Assembly: GCA_963737065.1 (NCBI GenBank)
Contig: CAVTRC010000002.1
Location: 320,001 to 384,000, forward strand
Direction: 5' to 3'
Length of the DNA stretch: 64,000 nt
From: Candidatus Eremiobacteria bacterium
GTDB lineage: Bacteria; Vulcanimicrobiota; Vulcanimicrobiia; Vulcanimicrobiales; Vulcanimicrobiaceae
The position numbers were made by a program, and so were the translations under genes. Positions 8,562 to 20,081 of this stretch are shown here, in pieces (positions within the stretch are counted from its first letter, which is position 1; the number at the start of each line of letters is the position of its first letter). A model generated the notes under the pieces. The model was not told the origin of the DNA and made no database searches. It saw nothing but the letters and a program-made list of their open reading frames with translations.

Positions 8562-9973
8562 GTGGCGAGGGAAATGCTGATGGCGAGCGCGACGTTGACG
8601 AGGAGCGCGATGAATCCGGCATTGATGCCGAACGGCGCGATACCGCGCGCGGCAAGGAACACTGCGATGGCGATCCCGGCGATCAGCCCTGCCGCTACGC
8701 CCGCCGTCGTGGTTCGACGCCAGAAGAAGCCGAGAAAAAATGCCGGCGCGAATTGCGTCACGCCGTTGTAGTACAGCAAGAGCATATTGACGAGTGTCGT
8801 CTTCAAAGCGATCCAGAGAATGAGTGCCGCTAAGCCGAGGACGGCGACGAGCGCGCGCGTCAGAACGACCCGGCTGCGGTCGGATAACGCGATGGAAAAC
8901 ACGTCGCCTGCGATGTTTTTCGCCAGGATACTTGCCGCGCTGAGCAGCAGCGCCGATGACGGAATCAACGAGCACAGCGCACCGGCCGCGCACACGAACC
9001 CGAGCACCCACGGCGGATAGAAACGCTGCACGACGACGAGAAACGATTGATCGACCGCGGTTTTCATCAGTCCCGGCGCGACCAGCAACGCACCGAATCC
9101 GGCAAAGAAGATCAGCAACATGATCAGTTGGTAGACCGGCAAGAGCATCGCATTACGGCGAAGTACGGATGCATCTTTCGCGCTGTAGACGGCGGCAATC
9201 GATTGCGGTCCCATGAAAAATCCGATGCCGGTCAGGAGCACGGTGGAAACATACCAAAGCGTTCCTTTCGGTGCGGTCGCGCCGCCAAGCGTCAGCATTT
9301 GCGGATGCGCGCGCAGCATCTGATCGAAGATCCGTGCCGGTGAGCCGAAAAACTGCAGCGGAATCGCGATTCCGACGAAAATCAGCGCGCCGATGACGAG
9401 GGCGTCTTTGACGATGCTCGCCCAAGCCGTTCCGCGCAAACCGGTCGCGAAAACGAAGAACACGATCGCGAGGAAGCTGACGATCGCGCCGGCCTGCGCA
9501 TTGATATGTCCGTAGCCCGCAAGCGTGAGAAAGATCTGCAAGCCCGAAAGCTGCAGCGTCACGTACGGTAAGATCGCCACCACGTGGACGGCCGAGGCGA
9601 ATGTGGCGAGCGCTTTGCTGCCGTAGCGCGCCGTGAAGAAATCCGGCGCCGTCAGCAGCCCGTACTGCTTACCGATTTCCCAGATCCGCGGGAGTAAAAA
9701 ATATCCGAGGATGTACCCGACCGTGCCGTACGCCATAATGTAGAACGCCGGCGCGCCGTAGCCGTACGTCCATCCGGCCGCGCCGAGGAACGTGAAGCTC
9801 GTGTAGATCTCGCCCGCGAGCAACACCCAAAGAAACACTGCGCCGAATCCGCGGCCGCCGACGATGTACTCCTGCGGCGACATTGCGACGCGACGCACGC
9901 TGATGAGCGCGAAGAGAATCGTTCCGACGACAATCGTGAAAACGATGCCGAGCGAACCGGCCGCGTTTACCAC
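8537..9973 (-). CDS. Sodium:solute symporter family protein (YhjB-like)
   Basis: EYIVGGRGFG, GEIYTSFTFLGAAG, multiple TM helices; GTG 9973 overlaps DUF3311 stop. Confidence 0.92.
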   Translation of the reverse strand: MVNAAGSLGIVFTIVVGTILFALISVRRVAMSPQEYIVGGRGFGAVFLWVLLAGEIYTSFTFLGAAGWTYGYGAPAFYIMAYGTVGYILGYFLLPRIWEIGKQYGLLTAPDFFTARYGSKALATFASAVHVVAILPYVTLQLSGLQIFLTLAGYGHINAQAGAIVSFLAIVFFVFATGLRGTAWASIVKDALVIGALIFVGIAIPLQFFGSPARIFDQMLRAHPQMLTLGGATAPKGTLWYVSTVLLTGIGFFMGPQSIAAVYSAKDASVLRRNAMLLPVYQLIMLLIFFAGFGALLVAPGLMKTAVDQSFLVVVQRFYPPWVLGFVCAAGALCSLIPSSALLLSAASILAKNIAGDVFSIALSDRSRVVLTRALVAVLGLAALILWIALKTTLVNMLLLYYNGVTQFAPAFFLGFFWRRTTTAGVAAGLIAGIAIAVFLAARGIAPFGINAGFIALLVNVALAISISLATKTKEPAN

Positions 9974-10155
9974 CGGCGGTCTACTCGTCCCATTGCCCAC
10001 ACGAACGCCGGCGTCAGCACAACCCAGAACGCAATCCAGGCGAGCAGAAAGGGCAAGCCCAGAATGCGGGGCTCCACGCGATTCACGAACGGCACCGCAA
10101 CCGTCAATGCAACGATCGGAATGCCTGCGAAGAGGAATCGCATCCGTGCTTGCAT
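9967..10155 (-). CDS. DUF3311 small membrane partner of symporter
   Basis: PFVNRVEPRILGLPFLLAW motif; directly upstream of the symporter. Confidence 0.85.
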   Translation of the reverse strand: MQARMRFLFAGIPIVALTVAVPFVNRVEPRILGLPFLLAWIAFWVVLTPAFVWAMGRVDRRW

Positions 10156-10169
10156 CAGTCTCCCTCATT

Positions 10170-10829
10170 ATGACGGCAAGAAGCGCGTTCCTCGACGAGC
10201 GCGTCCAACGATACATCGTCGAAGCAACCGTCGACGAACATCCCGTGCTGTCGCGGCTGCGCGCTGAGACGGCGCGGATGCCGAACGCCGGGATGCAAAT
10301 CGGCGCCGATCAAGGACGGTTCATGCAGTTTATCGCGCAGACGATCGGCGCGCGCCGTTACGTCGAAATCGGCGTCTTCACGGGATACAGTTCCCTGGCG
10401 CTCGCACTCGCGCTTCCCCCGGACGGTGAAATCCTCGCATGCGACGTTAGCGAGTCGTATACGGCGATTGCACGGCGGTATTGGCGCGAAGCGGGGATCG
10501 AAAACAAGATCGACCTGCGTCTCGCGCCTGCACTGCAAACCCTCGACGAGGCGGTGCGCACGCAGGCGCAGAGCTACGACCTTGCGTTTATCGACGCGGA
10601 CAAGGAAAACGTCGACCCGTACTACGAGCGGTGTCTGCAATTGCTGCGCCCCGGCGGCGTCGTTATGATCGACAACGTCCTGTGGGACGGGCGCGTTGCC
10701 GACGCTTCGAAAAACGACGAAGAGACCGCCGCACTCCGTGCGATCAACGCGAAGGCGTCGCGCGATCCGCGCGTCGACGCGGTCCTGCTTTCGGTCGGCG
10801 ACGGCTTGTTGCTCGCGCGAAAGCGTTGA
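10170..10829 (+). CDS. SAM-dependent O-methyltransferase (caffeoyl-CoA OMT family)
   Basis: MQIGADQG, EIGVFTGYS, DLAFIDADK, DNVLWDG. Confidence 0.95.
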   Translation: MTARSAFLDERVQRYIVEATVDEHPVLSRLRAETARMPNAGMQIGADQGRFMQFIAQTIGARRYVEIGVFTGYSSLALALALPPDGEILACDVSESYTAIARRYWREAGIENKIDLRLAPALQTLDEAVRTQAQSYDLAFIDADKENVDPYYERCLQLLRPGGVVMIDNVLWDGRVADASKNDEETAALRAINAKASRDPRVDAVLLSVGDGLLLARKR

Positions 10830-10832
10830 ACC

Positions 10833-11609
10833 ATCCGGGTCGTTAGTCTCAATTCCAACGGCATTCGTTCGGCCGCGCGTAAGGGACTCTATGCGTGGCT
10901 TGCGACCGTCGATCCGGACGTCATCGCCTTACAAGAAACGAAGTCGCAAGAATACCAATTGCCCTTCGATGCCGAGCATCTCTCGCAATATTTCAGCGTC
11001 TACGCCGATGCGACGATCCGCAGGGGCTATAGCGGCGTGGCACTCTATGCAAGGAAGACGCCCGACGCGACGACGGTCGGCTTCGGCTGGCCGCAGTTCG
11101 ATGCAGAAGGACGATACGTTCAAATTGATTTCGGGAAATTATCGATCGGTTCGGTTTACGTTCCGAGCGGCACGATGGGCATCGAGCGGCAGAAGTGGAA
11201 AGAAAACTTCCTCGACCATTTCGAAGCCTGGTTGAAGCGCAAGCTGCGCGACAGTCGCAGCTATATCCTATGCGGCGATTACAACGTCGCACATCGCCCG
11301 ATCGACGTCAACAATCCGAACGCCGCCGTGCGCATCACCGGCTTTCTTCCGCAAGAACGGGCATGGATGGATCGCGTAATGCAAAGCGGATGGCTCGACG
11401 CGTTGCGTGTCGTGCGCCCCGATGAGCCCAAGATCTATACGTGGTGGTCGAATTTTGCGAAGGCGTTCGAGCGAAACTTGGGATGGCGCATCGACTATCA
11501 CCTCATTACGCCGGACCTGCGGACGTGCGTTCGCTCTGCGGAAGTCTACACTGCTGAGCGTTTTTCCGACCATGCGCCGGTCATCATCGATTACGACGTG
11601 ACGCTCTAG
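10833..11609 (+). CDS. xth: Exodeoxyribonuclease III / AP endonuclease; start codon anomalous
   Basis: In-frame N-terminus [17 protein letters not shown] upstream of the called ORF; GYSGVA, EGR, GDYNVAH, GWRIDY, SDHAP. Confidence 0.9.
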   Translation: MRVVSLNSNGIRSAARKGLYAWLATVDPDVIALQETKSQEYQLPFDAEHLSQYFSVYADATIRRGYSGVALYARKTPDATTVGFGWPQFDAEGRYVQIDFGKLSIGSVYVPSGTMGIERQKWKENFLDHFEAWLKRKLRDSRSYILCGDYNVAHRPIDVNNPNAAVRITGFLPQERAWMDRVMQSGWLDALRVVRPDEPKIYTWWSNFAKAFERNLGWRIDYHLITPDLRTCVRSAEVYTAERFSDHAPVIIDYDVTL

Positions 11610-11653
11610 GGGTCGCGCAGGCCCGTCGCATGCGGGAGGCTTATTCAACACCC

Positions 11654-13963
11654 ATGCGCATCGACGTGGTGGGCGGCGGCCCGGGCGGGCTGTATTTCTC
11701 GATTCTCGCGAAGAGCCGCTTTCCCGAGTGGAACGTGCGATTATTCGAACGCAATAACCCCGACGACACGTTTGGCTGGGGCGTGGTCTTTTCCGATGCA
11801 ACGCTCGACAATCTACGCGCGGCCGACGAACCGTCACACCGTTCGATTACGCAGGCATTTGCCCACTGGGACGATATCGACATCTACTTCAAAGGCCGGG
11901 TGATCCGCTCGGGCGGGCACGGATTCGCGGGGATTGCACGCAAACATCTGCTGCATATTCTGCAAGATCGCGCACGTGAGTTGCACGTCGATCTGCGATT
12001 CAACGAAAACGTCGAGAACGTTGCTCCGCTGCGCGACGAAGCGGATCTGCTCGTTGCTGCCGACGGCGTCAACAGCCGGGTGCGTACCGCGTACGCCGAC
12101 GCGTTCAAACCCGATGTCGACCGCCGCCTTTGCCGGTACGTTTGGCTGGGCACGACGTTGCCGCTTGATGCGTTCACCTTTATCTTTGAAGAGACGCAAT
12201 TCGGCTGGTTCACAGTGCACGCGTACCGCTTCGATGAAGCGAGCAGTACGTTCATCGTCGAGTGTCGCGAGGAAACGTGGCTTGCACTCGGCCTCGACCA
12301 GGCGGGAACTCAAGAAACCATAGCGTTTTGCGAGCGTCTCTTCGCTCAGTATCTCAAGGGCAACCGCCTCATGGCCAACACCGCGCATCTTCGCGGGCGC
12401 GATTGGATCAATTTCCTGCGGATCAGCAACGAACGCTGGATCGACCGTAACGTCGTGTTGCTCGGCGACGCCGCTCATACGGCGCACTTTTCGGTGGGCT
12501 CCGGCACGAAGCTCGCGCTGGAGGATGCCATTGCGCTCGCCGACGTGTTGACCGCGGACGGCGCCTCGGTAGCCGCGCTCGAGCGGTACGAACAATCTCG
12601 CAAAATCGAGGTGCTGAAGCTGCAAAACGCCGCACGCAACTCGACGGAGTGGTTCGAGAACGTCGGCCGCTACGCCGTGCTGCCGCCCGAGCAGTTCGCC
12701 TATAGCTTGCTCACGCGCAGCCAGCGCATCGGTCACGAGAACCTGCGCTTACGCGATAACACCTATGTCGAGCGGATGGAGGGATGGTTCGCAGAGCGGT
12801 CCTTTGCCGAACTTCGAACCGACGGCGAGATGACGCCCGCAGCGCCGGTCCCGCCAATGTTCACTTCATTCCGTTTGCGTAACCTGGTGTTGCGCAACCG
12901 CGTTGTGGTCTCGCCCATGGACATGTACAGCGCGGTCGACGGCATGCCCGGCGATTTTCATCTCGTGCATTTGGGGGCTCGCGCACTCGGGGGCGCGGGT
13001 CTCGTCTTCACCGAGATGACGTGCGTTTCGCGCGAGGGGCGAATCTCTCCGGGCTGTTGCGGCATGTATCTCGCCGCGCATGTCAACGCGTGGAAACGCA
13101 TCGTTTCATTCGTTCATGAATTCAGCGGCGCAAAGATCGCGTTGCAATTGGGTCATTCCGGACCGAAGGGCTCGACGAAGCTCATGTGGGAGGGCATGGA
13201 CGAGCCGCTGGACGACGGAAACTGGAGCGTTTGCGGACCGTCAGCGCAGCCATACGCCGCGCGCAACCAAGTTCCGCGTGAACTCGACCGCGATGAAATG
13301 GCGCTCATTCGCGAGCAGTTCGTGCGCGCGGCGCGCATGGGCACCGAGGCCGGGTTCGACGTGCTCGAACTGCATTGCGCGCACGGATATCTGCTGTCGA
13401 GTTTCATAACGCCGTTACAGAATCGGCGCACCGACGAGTACGGCGGATCGCTCGAGAACCGTTTGCGTTATCCGGTCGAAGTCTTCGCCGCGATGCGAGC
13501 GGTGTGGCCGCGCGAGCGTCCGATGTCCGTCCGGATTTCAGCGACCGACTGGTATGAGGGCGGAATCACGGGCGCAGACTCCGTCGAGATCGCGCGAGCG
13601 TTCAAAGCGGCGGGCGCCGATCTCATCGATGTCTCAACGGGACAGACGCATCCCGATGCAAAACCCGTATACGGACGCATGTTTCAAACGCCGTATGCGG
13701 ATAGAATTCGCAACGAAGTCGGCATCGCGACCATGGCTGTCGGCAATATCACCGACGCCGACCATGTGAACGCCATCATCGCCGCAGGTCGTGCAGATCT
13801 CGTTGCACTCGGTCGCCCGCATCTCGCCGATCCCGCATGGACGCTTCATGCTGCAGCGCAGTTGCACTATACGGATGCTGCGTGGCCAATTCAGTATCTG
13901 CCCGGAAAGTCGCAGCTCGAACGCTTGATCGCGCGCGCCGAGGGCGGAACCAATGCGCTTTGA
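11654..13963 (+). CDS. Bifunctional anthraniloyl-CoA/salicylyl-CoA monooxygenase-reductase
   Basis: [41 protein letters not shown] plus Old-Yellow-Enzyme domain ([26 protein letters not shown]). Confidence 0.93.
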   Translation: MRIDVVGGGPGGLYFSILAKSRFPEWNVRLFERNNPDDTFGWGVVFSDATLDNLRAADEPSHRSITQAFAHWDDIDIYFKGRVIRSGGHGFAGIARKHLLHILQDRARELHVDLRFNENVENVAPLRDEADLLVAADGVNSRVRTAYADAFKPDVDRRLCRYVWLGTTLPLDAFTFIFEETQFGWFTVHAYRFDEASSTFIVECREETWLALGLDQAGTQETIAFCERLFAQYLKGNRLMANTAHLRGRDWINFLRISNERWIDRNVVLLGDAAHTAHFSVGSGTKLALEDAIALADVLTADGASVAALERYEQSRKIEVLKLQNAARNSTEWFENVGRYAVLPPEQFAYSLLTRSQRIGHENLRLRDNTYVERMEGWFAERSFAELRTDGEMTPAAPVPPMFTSFRLRNLVLRNRVVVSPMDMYSAVDGMPGDFHLVHLGARALGGAGLVFTEMTCVSREGRISPGCCGMYLAAHVNAWKRIVSFVHEFSGAKIALQLGHSGPKGSTKLMWEGMDEPLDDGNWSVCGPSAQPYAARNQVPRELDRDEMALIREQFVRAARMGTEAGFDVLELHCAHGYLLSSFITPLQNRRTDEYGGSLENRLRYPVEVFAAMRAVWPRERPMSVRISATDWYEGGITGADSVEIARAFKAAGADLIDVSTGQTHPDAKPVYGRMFQTPYADRIRNEVGIATMAVGNITDADHVNAIIAAGRADLVALGRPHLADPAWTLHAAAQLHYTDAAWPIQYLPGKSQLERLIARAEGGTNAL

Positions 13964-14705
13964 GCACGCGGCGCTGCTTGAAGGAAAGCACGCTCTGGTC
14001 ACGGGTGGTGCGCGCGGCATCGGGCGCGCCATCGCGGAAGCACTTCTCGCGCATGGCGCGCGGGTCAGCATCATCAGCCGCAACCCTGCCGACGCCCATG
14101 GTGAATTCGCGGCGGCACACGCCGACGTCAGCAACGAAGAACAGGTCCGTCGCGCTTTCACGGTGTGCCGGAAGGCGAACGGCCCGGTCGAAATTCTCGT
14201 CAATAATTCGGGAATTTCCGATTCCGCGCCGCTGGTGCGCACGAGCAAGGCGCTCTTCGACCGCATCGTCGCAACGAATCTTACCGGAACGTTCTTGTGC
14301 ACGCGCGAAGCGGCCCAGGACATGCTTATCAATAAGTGGGGACGGATTTTGAACGTCGCAAGTATTGCGGGACTTTACGGGGCGCCCTACATCTCCGCGT
14401 ACTGCGCGAGTAAACATGGCGTGATCGGATTGACCCGCGCGGTCGCGGCCGAATTTAGCGGAACGGGGATCACCGCCAACGCCCTCTGCCCGGGCTACAC
14501 GGAGACTGCGATGATGCATCAAGCGATCTCGAAGATCGTGCGGTTCACCGGAGCGAGCGAACATGCTGCGCGTGAAACGCTCGCGACGATGAACCCCGAG
14601 GGCCGAATCGCCACCGTCGAAGAAGTCGCGGAAGCATCGCTCGAAATGCTATGCGGGGATAAGAACGGCGTGTCGCTCGTTATACCAGGCGGGTTCGAAA
14701 CGTGA
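13953..14705 (+). CDS. SDR oxidoreductase (3-hydroxyacyl-CoA dehydrogenase-like)
   Basis: [15 protein letters not shown]; overlaps upstream monooxygenase. Confidence 0.92.
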   Translation: MRFEHAALLEGKHALVTGGARGIGRAIAEALLAHGARVSIISRNPADAHGEFAAAHADVSNEEQVRRAFTVCRKANGPVEILVNNSGISDSAPLVRTSKALFDRIVATNLTGTFLCTREAAQDMLINKWGRILNVASIAGLYGAPYISAYCASKHGVIGLTRAVAAEFSGTGITANALCPGYTETAMMHQAISKIVRFTGASEHAARETLATMNPEGRIATVEEVAEASLEMLCGDKNGVSLVIPGGFET

Positions 14706-15151
14706 ACCGCATCGTGAACGTGCAAATTGAAAGCCGGCGTACGTCGTTGGGAATCTTGTTGCTTCGGATCGTCGTCGGGCTTGCGTTCATGGTGCACGGT
14801 TGGCCGAAGATCGAGCATCCCGTGTCGTGGATGGGATCGCAGGCGTTTGCGCCCCCTTGGTTGCAAGCGATCGTGGCCGTCGTGGAGTTCTTTGGCGGCT
14901 TCGCACTCATCGTCGGATTTTTGACGCCGCTTGTCGCGCTTGGAATGTTCTGCGACATGGCGGTTGCGATTCTTCGTGTCCATCTACCGATGGGCGGTCA
15001 TTGGATCGGCGGTCCGGGATCGTTTGAGGTTCCGCTTTTCTATCTCATCGCGATGGTTGCGTTTGTGACGATGGGGCCGGGGCGGTTTTCCGTCGATGCC
15101 GCCCTCGTGCGGCGCACGGCGCATCGCGTGGATCGCTCAGCCGATGGTTGA
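14702..15151 (+). CDS. DoxX family membrane protein
   Basis: LLRIVVG..FMVHGWPKI, EFFGG, GPGRFSVD. Confidence 0.9.
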   Translation: MNRIVNVQIESRRTSLGILLLRIVVGLAFMVHGWPKIEHPVSWMGSQAFAPPWLQAIVAVVEFFGGFALIVGFLTPLVALGMFCDMAVAILRVHLPMGGHWIGGPGSFEVPLFYLIAMVAFVTMGPGRFSVDAALVRRTAHRVDRSADG

Positions 15152-15159
15152 CACACGGT

Positions 15160-16689
15160 CTATGCGCCGTACCAGCGCAGATGTTGCCAGATTTGCTCGA
15201 ACGGCTGTTTTGCACCGGCGCAAAAGTAGATCGGAGATGGCCCTTCCACGATCCACCTCAACGGCTCGGTCGATGTCGAAACGAGATCGCATCGCTCGTA
15301 GTATTGCTTCAAGATATCGATGCGCGTTGCGCCGATGGCGATGAGCGTTTGTCCGTCGTACCCCCGCGTGCCCCACAGCCAATAGGTGTTTTGGCTGCTG
15401 ATTGCTTTCGGCAATCCGTAGCGGGTTCCGAAGAGATCGATTGCTCCGGCGTCGGCATACGTATCCGCATAGATCGCGGTGAGATTGCGCGTGCTCGGCG
15501 GCATCGCGTTGTAGATCTGCGCGACGTCGCGTGCAAGGCGGTCCCAACCGAATTCTTCAGCGTACAGCGGCTGAATCAATCGCGCGGGCGCGCCGTTGCG
15601 CCCGGTTAAGCCGAGCGCTTTGCTGTACGTCAGAAATCCCCGCAGTGGCAAGACGGGTACGGACATCGGCAGTGATGCGAGCGCGACCGCCGCGATTGAA
15701 GCGACTGCCGCCGTCCGCAACCCCAAAGCGGTCCGTTCTACGAGCACGGAACCGATCGCGAAAAGACTGGCATAGATACCGGTCGTGTAATAGCCCTTGG
15801 CCTCCAAGCCGATTGCAACGGCGACGACCAGCACCCAGGCAATACTCAAGAAACGCACGTTACGCAAACGTAAGCTCAGGAACGGGCCGATGAGCCCCGC
15901 TACCCAAATTGGAACCGCAATCGGGTTCGTGTAGAGAATCTGCTCGCCGATAAAAACGATCGTATTCGAAGCAAGATTTCGCGATTCCAAAACGAGCCCG
16001 TTGTTGAAGGGATGACGATGCGCGGCGTCGCCGCTCAGAACTTCGAGAAAGGGAAATCCGTGCTGCAATTGCCAGACGAAATTCGGCAGCACGAGCAGGA
16101 ATGTCAGTACGACGGCGATCGGAAAATACCGCGTAGCAAGCACGCGCCGCTCGTCCGTAAGGAGCAGTCCCGCGAGGAAACATGCGGCGGCCAGACCCAT
16201 CGAGTACTTTCCGTAGAGGCCGAATGCGACAGCGAACGCGAGCGCAATCCAGACGGCGGCCCGTGCGCGAGCGCTCGGGTCGCGCGTCAGTTTGATCGTC
16301 AGCCACGCAACCAGCGTCCACGAAAGACCCTCGCATGACGAGGTCGTAAGGATGTTCCCGAGCGCGAGATACGCCGGCATGAGACCGACGGTGAGCGCCG
16401 TGAGCGCTTGCGCAAACCGTCCGCCGCCAAGCTCGCGCGCAATTGCGACTGCGGCGGCGGTGGTCAGTGCGGCAGCGATGATCGGAAGCGCGCGCAACGC
16501 GAGCAGCGAACTGTCCGCCGGCAGTGCAATCCATGCTGCGAAGGCGACGAGCGGCGGCTGATCGACGTATCCCCACGCGAGATGATGCGCGCACGCGATG
16601 AAATACAGCTCGTCCCGAAAATAGCCGTAACGCCATGCTGTCGCGGCGTGAACGATTAGGGTAATGAAGCCCGCGAACAGCGCGATCAT
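15160..16689 (-). CDS. GT39/ArnT-like membrane glycosyltransferase
   Basis: YGYFRDELYF, LAWGYVDQPPL, many TM helices; ATG 16689 overlaps upstream stop. Confidence 0.88.
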   Translation of the reverse strand: MIALFAGFITLIVHAATAWRYGYFRDELYFIACAHHLAWGYVDQPPLVAFAAWIALPADSSLLALRALPIIAAALTTAAAVAIARELGGGRFAQALTALTVGLMPAYLALGNILTTSSCEGLSWTLVAWLTIKLTRDPSARARAAVWIALAFAVAFGLYGKYSMGLAAACFLAGLLLTDERRVLATRYFPIAVVLTFLLVLPNFVWQLQHGFPFLEVLSGDAAHRHPFNNGLVLESRNLASNTIVFIGEQILYTNPIAVPIWVAGLIGPFLSLRLRNVRFLSIAWVLVVAVAIGLEAKGYYTTGIYASLFAIGSVLVERTALGLRTAAVASIAAVALASLPMSVPVLPLRGFLTYSKALGLTGRNGAPARLIQPLYAEEFGWDRLARDVAQIYNAMPPSTRNLTAIYADTYADAGAIDLFGTRYGLPKAISSQNTYWLWGTRGYDGQTLIAIGATRIDILKQYYERCDLVSTSTEPLRWIVEGPSPIYFCAGAKQPFEQIWQHLRWYGA

Positions 16690-17699
16690 TGCGCGGTGCG
16701 GCGCGCCGTTCCGATCAGGCTTAGCGCGAAACCGGTAACACCGCACCAAAGCCATGCGCCCAGGGCTTCATTCCAATCCCACCACACGTGGCTCAGCGCG
16801 AGCGTCACGACGAGGTACGTTCCCATATATGCAAGCGGTACGGTGACCGCAAAGAGGCGGTATGCTGCCGGGTTGTCCGGTTGCGGATCTCGGCGGCGTA
16901 CGAAAATATCGGCAACGAGTCCCGCGACGAGAGACTGCAACAACGTCGTGAGCAGCAGCGGACTTTCGTTCGTAAAGGCAGCCGCCGCTGCTGCGTTACC
17001 GAGCACGTAGAAGATCGTGAAGCCGCCGAAAGCCAAGCGGATGCGCGAGGCCGTGTAGAGGGCAAATCCCGTGATCGCCATCGCTTGGAAGATCGCGATC
17101 AGGACACCGATCGAAATCTTATAGTAGCCGATCGCCACGGCAGTGAGGTAATCCGGTGTGGCGCCGTTTTGCGTGGGCGGCGCATTCGTTCTTCCGGCGG
17201 CGGGATCGAACGCGTACGCTGTACCGAAATGGAAGAGCGTTAGCCACGCGACGAGACTCAAGATGAGCGGAAGTTGCGTTCGCAGTGTCGTTGAATTGAC
17301 GCGATCGGCAAGAACCGCGCGGATCGGGCCGGCGGCAAGAAAAAAGATGCCCAACCCCAAGCACTGATGCGTCGGACTCAAGAGTGCGTCGACGCCCTCC
17401 TCGATTCCGAGGAGTTCATGCCAAATGAGATCTCCAACACCCGCAAGGAGGAAGATCGGAATGCCGAGCACCGCGAGGTGATATCCGCGAGGCAACCCGC
17501 CGTTGCGCAGCCGGTACGCGGCAAGCACGATCATCATGGCAAGCATGCCCGAATAAAACACGCCGTGATACGGCGTAAAGAACGACTCGACCGGCACGTG
17601 ACCGTGCGCCCATGCGTCGAGAAAGAAACCGGTTGAAATCCACACGCTGCAAAGCGCGACGGTATAATCGAACGTCAAACTGCGCGGCGTTACCGTCAT
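16686..17699 (-). CDS. Polytopic membrane protein with two D-x3-H...P-x-H metal-binding-like motifs
   Basis: DAWAH..FFTPYH and DLIWH..LLSPTH; multiple TM helices. Confidence 0.75.
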   Translation of the reverse strand: MTVTPRSLTFDYTVALCSVWISTGFFLDAWAHGHVPVESFFTPYHGVFYSGMLAMMIVLAAYRLRNGGLPRGYHLAVLGIPIFLLAGVGDLIWHELLGIEEGVDALLSPTHQCLGLGIFFLAAGPIRAVLADRVNSTTLRTQLPLILSLVAWLTLFHFGTAYAFDPAAGRTNAPPTQNGATPDYLTAVAIGYYKISIGVLIAIFQAMAITGFALYTASRIRLAFGGFTIFYVLGNAAAAAAFTNESPLLLTTLLQSLVAGLVADIFVRRRDPQPDNPAAYRLFAVTVPLAYMGTYLVVTLALSHVWWDWNEALGAWLWCGVTGFALSLIGTARRTAQ

Positions 17700-17740
17700 G
17701 CGGCAGGATTTACGCATCATGCGAGCCGACCCTTGTTACG

Positions 17741-18163
17741 ATGTTGCGCACGATGATTGCGGGCGCTGCGCTCGTCGCACTAACGGCGTGTGCGTCGCCG
17801 CCGCCTGCAATGCCGAAGAACGTCACCGCTGTACCGTCGCGCACGGAACGCAATGTCGTACCGATGCGCGCGCCCGGTGCGCTGCCGCTCATCGTGCACA
17901 TCGACTACATGCCGTCGGTAACGCGCGGTCCGCGCGCACGCTTCGCCGGATGGATTTGGGCTAGCAGCAATGTTGCGAGCGTCGAAGTGCGCACGAATCT
18001 GTTCTCCATCGACGCCACGAAAACCGGAGTCGGGACGTTTTCCTTTGACGCCGCGGTCTACGACCTTCCGCCGATCTTCGTTCGCGCGTACCGGCTGCGC
18101 GTCATCGCGCGGACGACCGACGGCGTCGAGGCGGAAGAAGACCTTCCGTTCCGAATCCGATAA
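17741..18163 (+). CDS. Hypothetical lipoprotein
   Basis: Lipobox ALTAC after a hydrophobic stretch; ends 3 bp before next gene. Confidence 0.65.
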   Translation: MLRTMIAGAALVALTACASPPPAMPKNVTAVPSRTERNVVPMRAPGALPLIVHIDYMPSVTRGPRARFAGWIWASSNVASVEVRTNLFSIDATKTGVGTFSFDAAVYDLPPIFVRAYRLRVIARTTDGVEAEEDLPFRIR

Positions 18164-18166
18164 ATA

Positions 18167-18955
18167 ATGACAAACGCGCACTACGACATTGCAGACCGCG
18201 TCGCGACGCTGACGCTGGACCGGCCGGAACGGAAAAACGCGTTGACGTTCGAACTCTATGCCGAAATGCGCGATTGGTTTCGCGACCTGCGCGCGCGTGA
18301 CGACGTCAAGGCCGTCGTCGTAACCGGCGTGGGCGAAAATTTTTGCTCCGGCGGCGACGTGCGAGAGATCATCGGGCCGCTCACCGAACGCGATCCCGAC
18401 GAACTGCTGCAATTCACGCGAATGACCGGCGATCTCGTCAAGGCGATGCGCGCGGCCCCCCAGCCCGTCCTTTCCGCAATAGACGGAGTGTGCGCGGGTG
18501 CCGGCGCAATCCTCGCGATGGCGTCCGATCTACGTTACGGAACCGCTCGCGCACAGGTCGCCTTCCTTTTCGCGCGCGTCGGCCTTGCCGGCAGTGATAT
18601 GGGCGCGTGTGCGATGCTGCCGCGAATCGTCGGACTCGGCCGTGCGTCGGAGTTGTTGTACACCGGCCGAACGCTCTCGGGCACGCAAGCGCACGAGTGG
18701 GGATTTTTCAACGCGCTATGTGAGCCGGACGATGTATTGCGCGAAGCAAGGTTCGTTGCCGTCGAACTCGCGAACGGACCGACGCTCGCGCACGCAATGA
18801 CCAAACGAATGCTGCACGAGGAGTGGGCGATGCCGCTCGACGATGCGATCGACGCGGAAGCCCGAGCGCAAGCTCGATGCATGCAGACGCGTGATTTTCG
18901 ACGCGCGTATGACGCCTTCGTGGCCAAGCGCAAGCCGGTCTTCGAAGGGAACTAA
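18167..18955 (+). CDS. Enoyl-CoA hydratase family protein
   Basis: [34 protein letters not shown]. Confidence 0.93.
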   Translation: MTNAHYDIADRVATLTLDRPERKNALTFELYAEMRDWFRDLRARDDVKAVVVTGVGENFCSGGDVREIIGPLTERDPDELLQFTRMTGDLVKAMRAAPQPVLSAIDGVCAGAGAILAMASDLRYGTARAQVAFLFARVGLAGSDMGACAMLPRIVGLGRASELLYTGRTLSGTQAHEWGFFNALCEPDDVLREARFVAVELANGPTLAHAMTKRMLHEEWAMPLDDAIDAEARAQARCMQTRDFRRAYDAFVAKRKPVFEGN

Positions 18956-18956
18956 A

Positions 18957-20081
18957 GTGGACGGGCGCGAGCTGAGCTGGCCGTTCTTCGACGACGAACA
19001 CCGCGCGCTCGCGCACGATGTAGACGCATGGCTTTCGCGCCTGCGGCTTGCCGAGAACGAAGCGGACCCCGACGGTGCCGTGCGCGCGTGGGTTCGTGCG
19101 CTCGCCGAGGGCGGTTGGCTTCGCGCGTGTACGAAGCTCGACGTACGGACGCTGTGTCTGATTCGCGAACGTCTTGCATACCGCTCCGCGCTTGCCGATT
19201 TCGCGTTTGCCATGCAGGGCTTGGGTAGCGCAACGATTTCTGTTTACGGCGATGACGATTTGCGGCGTCGATTTTTGCCGGGCGTCGTAGCGGGAACGTG
19301 CATCGCCGCGTTCGCTCTCTCTGAACGTGAGGCGGGCTCAGACGTCGGTGCGATTGCGACGCGCGCGAAACGCGACGGCGACCGCTATGTGATTGACGGC
19401 GAAAAGACGTGGATTTCCAACGGCGGAATCGCGGACTTCTACGTCGTCTTTGCGCGCACGAGCGATACCGGTTCGAAAGGCTTGAGCGCGTTTGCGGTCG
19501 ACGCCGCTACGCCGGGGTTGAACGTCGTCGAACGCATCGATACGATGTCGCCGCACCCGCTCGGCACGCTGGCGTTGACACGCATGGAGATTCCGGCTGC
19601 GCGGCGGATCGGCGCGGAGGGAGACGGGTTCAAGATCGCAATGGCGACCCTCGACACGTTTCGCAGCACCGTCGGTGCAGCGGCGCTCGGCTTCGCTCGC
19701 CGCGCGTTCGATGAGACGTGTGCTCACGTGCGCTCGCGTCAACTCTTTGGTGCGCCGCTTTCCGCACTGCAACTGACCCAGGGTGCAATTGCGGACATGG
19801 CGCTTGACATCGATGCTTCCGCGTTACTCGTGTATCGAGCGGCATGGACGAAGGACGCCGGCGCGCAGCGGGTCACCCGTGAAGCTGCAATGGCCAAGCT
19901 CTTCGCAACCGAAGCAGCCGGACGTGTTTGCGATCGCGCCGTGCAGCTCTTCGGTGGGCGCGGCGTGACACGGGGCGAAATCGTGGAACGCTTATATCGC
20001 GACGTGCGCGCCTTGCGAATTTACGAAGGTGCGAGCGAGATTCAAAAAGTCGTGATTGCGCGCGCTAGCATGGAGCAGTAG
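18957..20081 (+). CDS. Acyl-CoA dehydrogenase
   Basis: [45 protein letters not shown] start. Confidence 0.93.
   Translation: MDGRELSWPFFDDEHRALAHDVDAWLSRLRLAENEADPDGAVRAWVRALAEGGWLRACTKLDVRTLCLIRERLAYRSALADFAFAMQGLGSATISVYGDDDLRRRFLPGVVAGTCIAAFALSEREAGSDVGAIATRAKRDGDRYVIDGEKTWISNGGIADFYVVFARTSDTGSKGLSAFAVDAATPGLNVVERIDTMSPHPLGTLALTRMEIPAARRIGAEGDGFKIAMATLDTFRSTVGAAALGFARRAFDETCAHVRSRQLFGAPLSALQLTQGAIADMALDIDASALLVYRAAWTKDAGAQRVTREAAMAKLFATEAAGRVCDRAVQLFGGRGVTRGEIVERLYRDVRALRIYEGASEIQKVVIARASMEQ

Noticed and set aside
8537..10216. Extended N-termini of the symporter and methyltransferase ORFs suggesting overlapping divergent genes
   Set aside because: Likely starts are 9973 and 10170; the interval holds a DUF3311 gene
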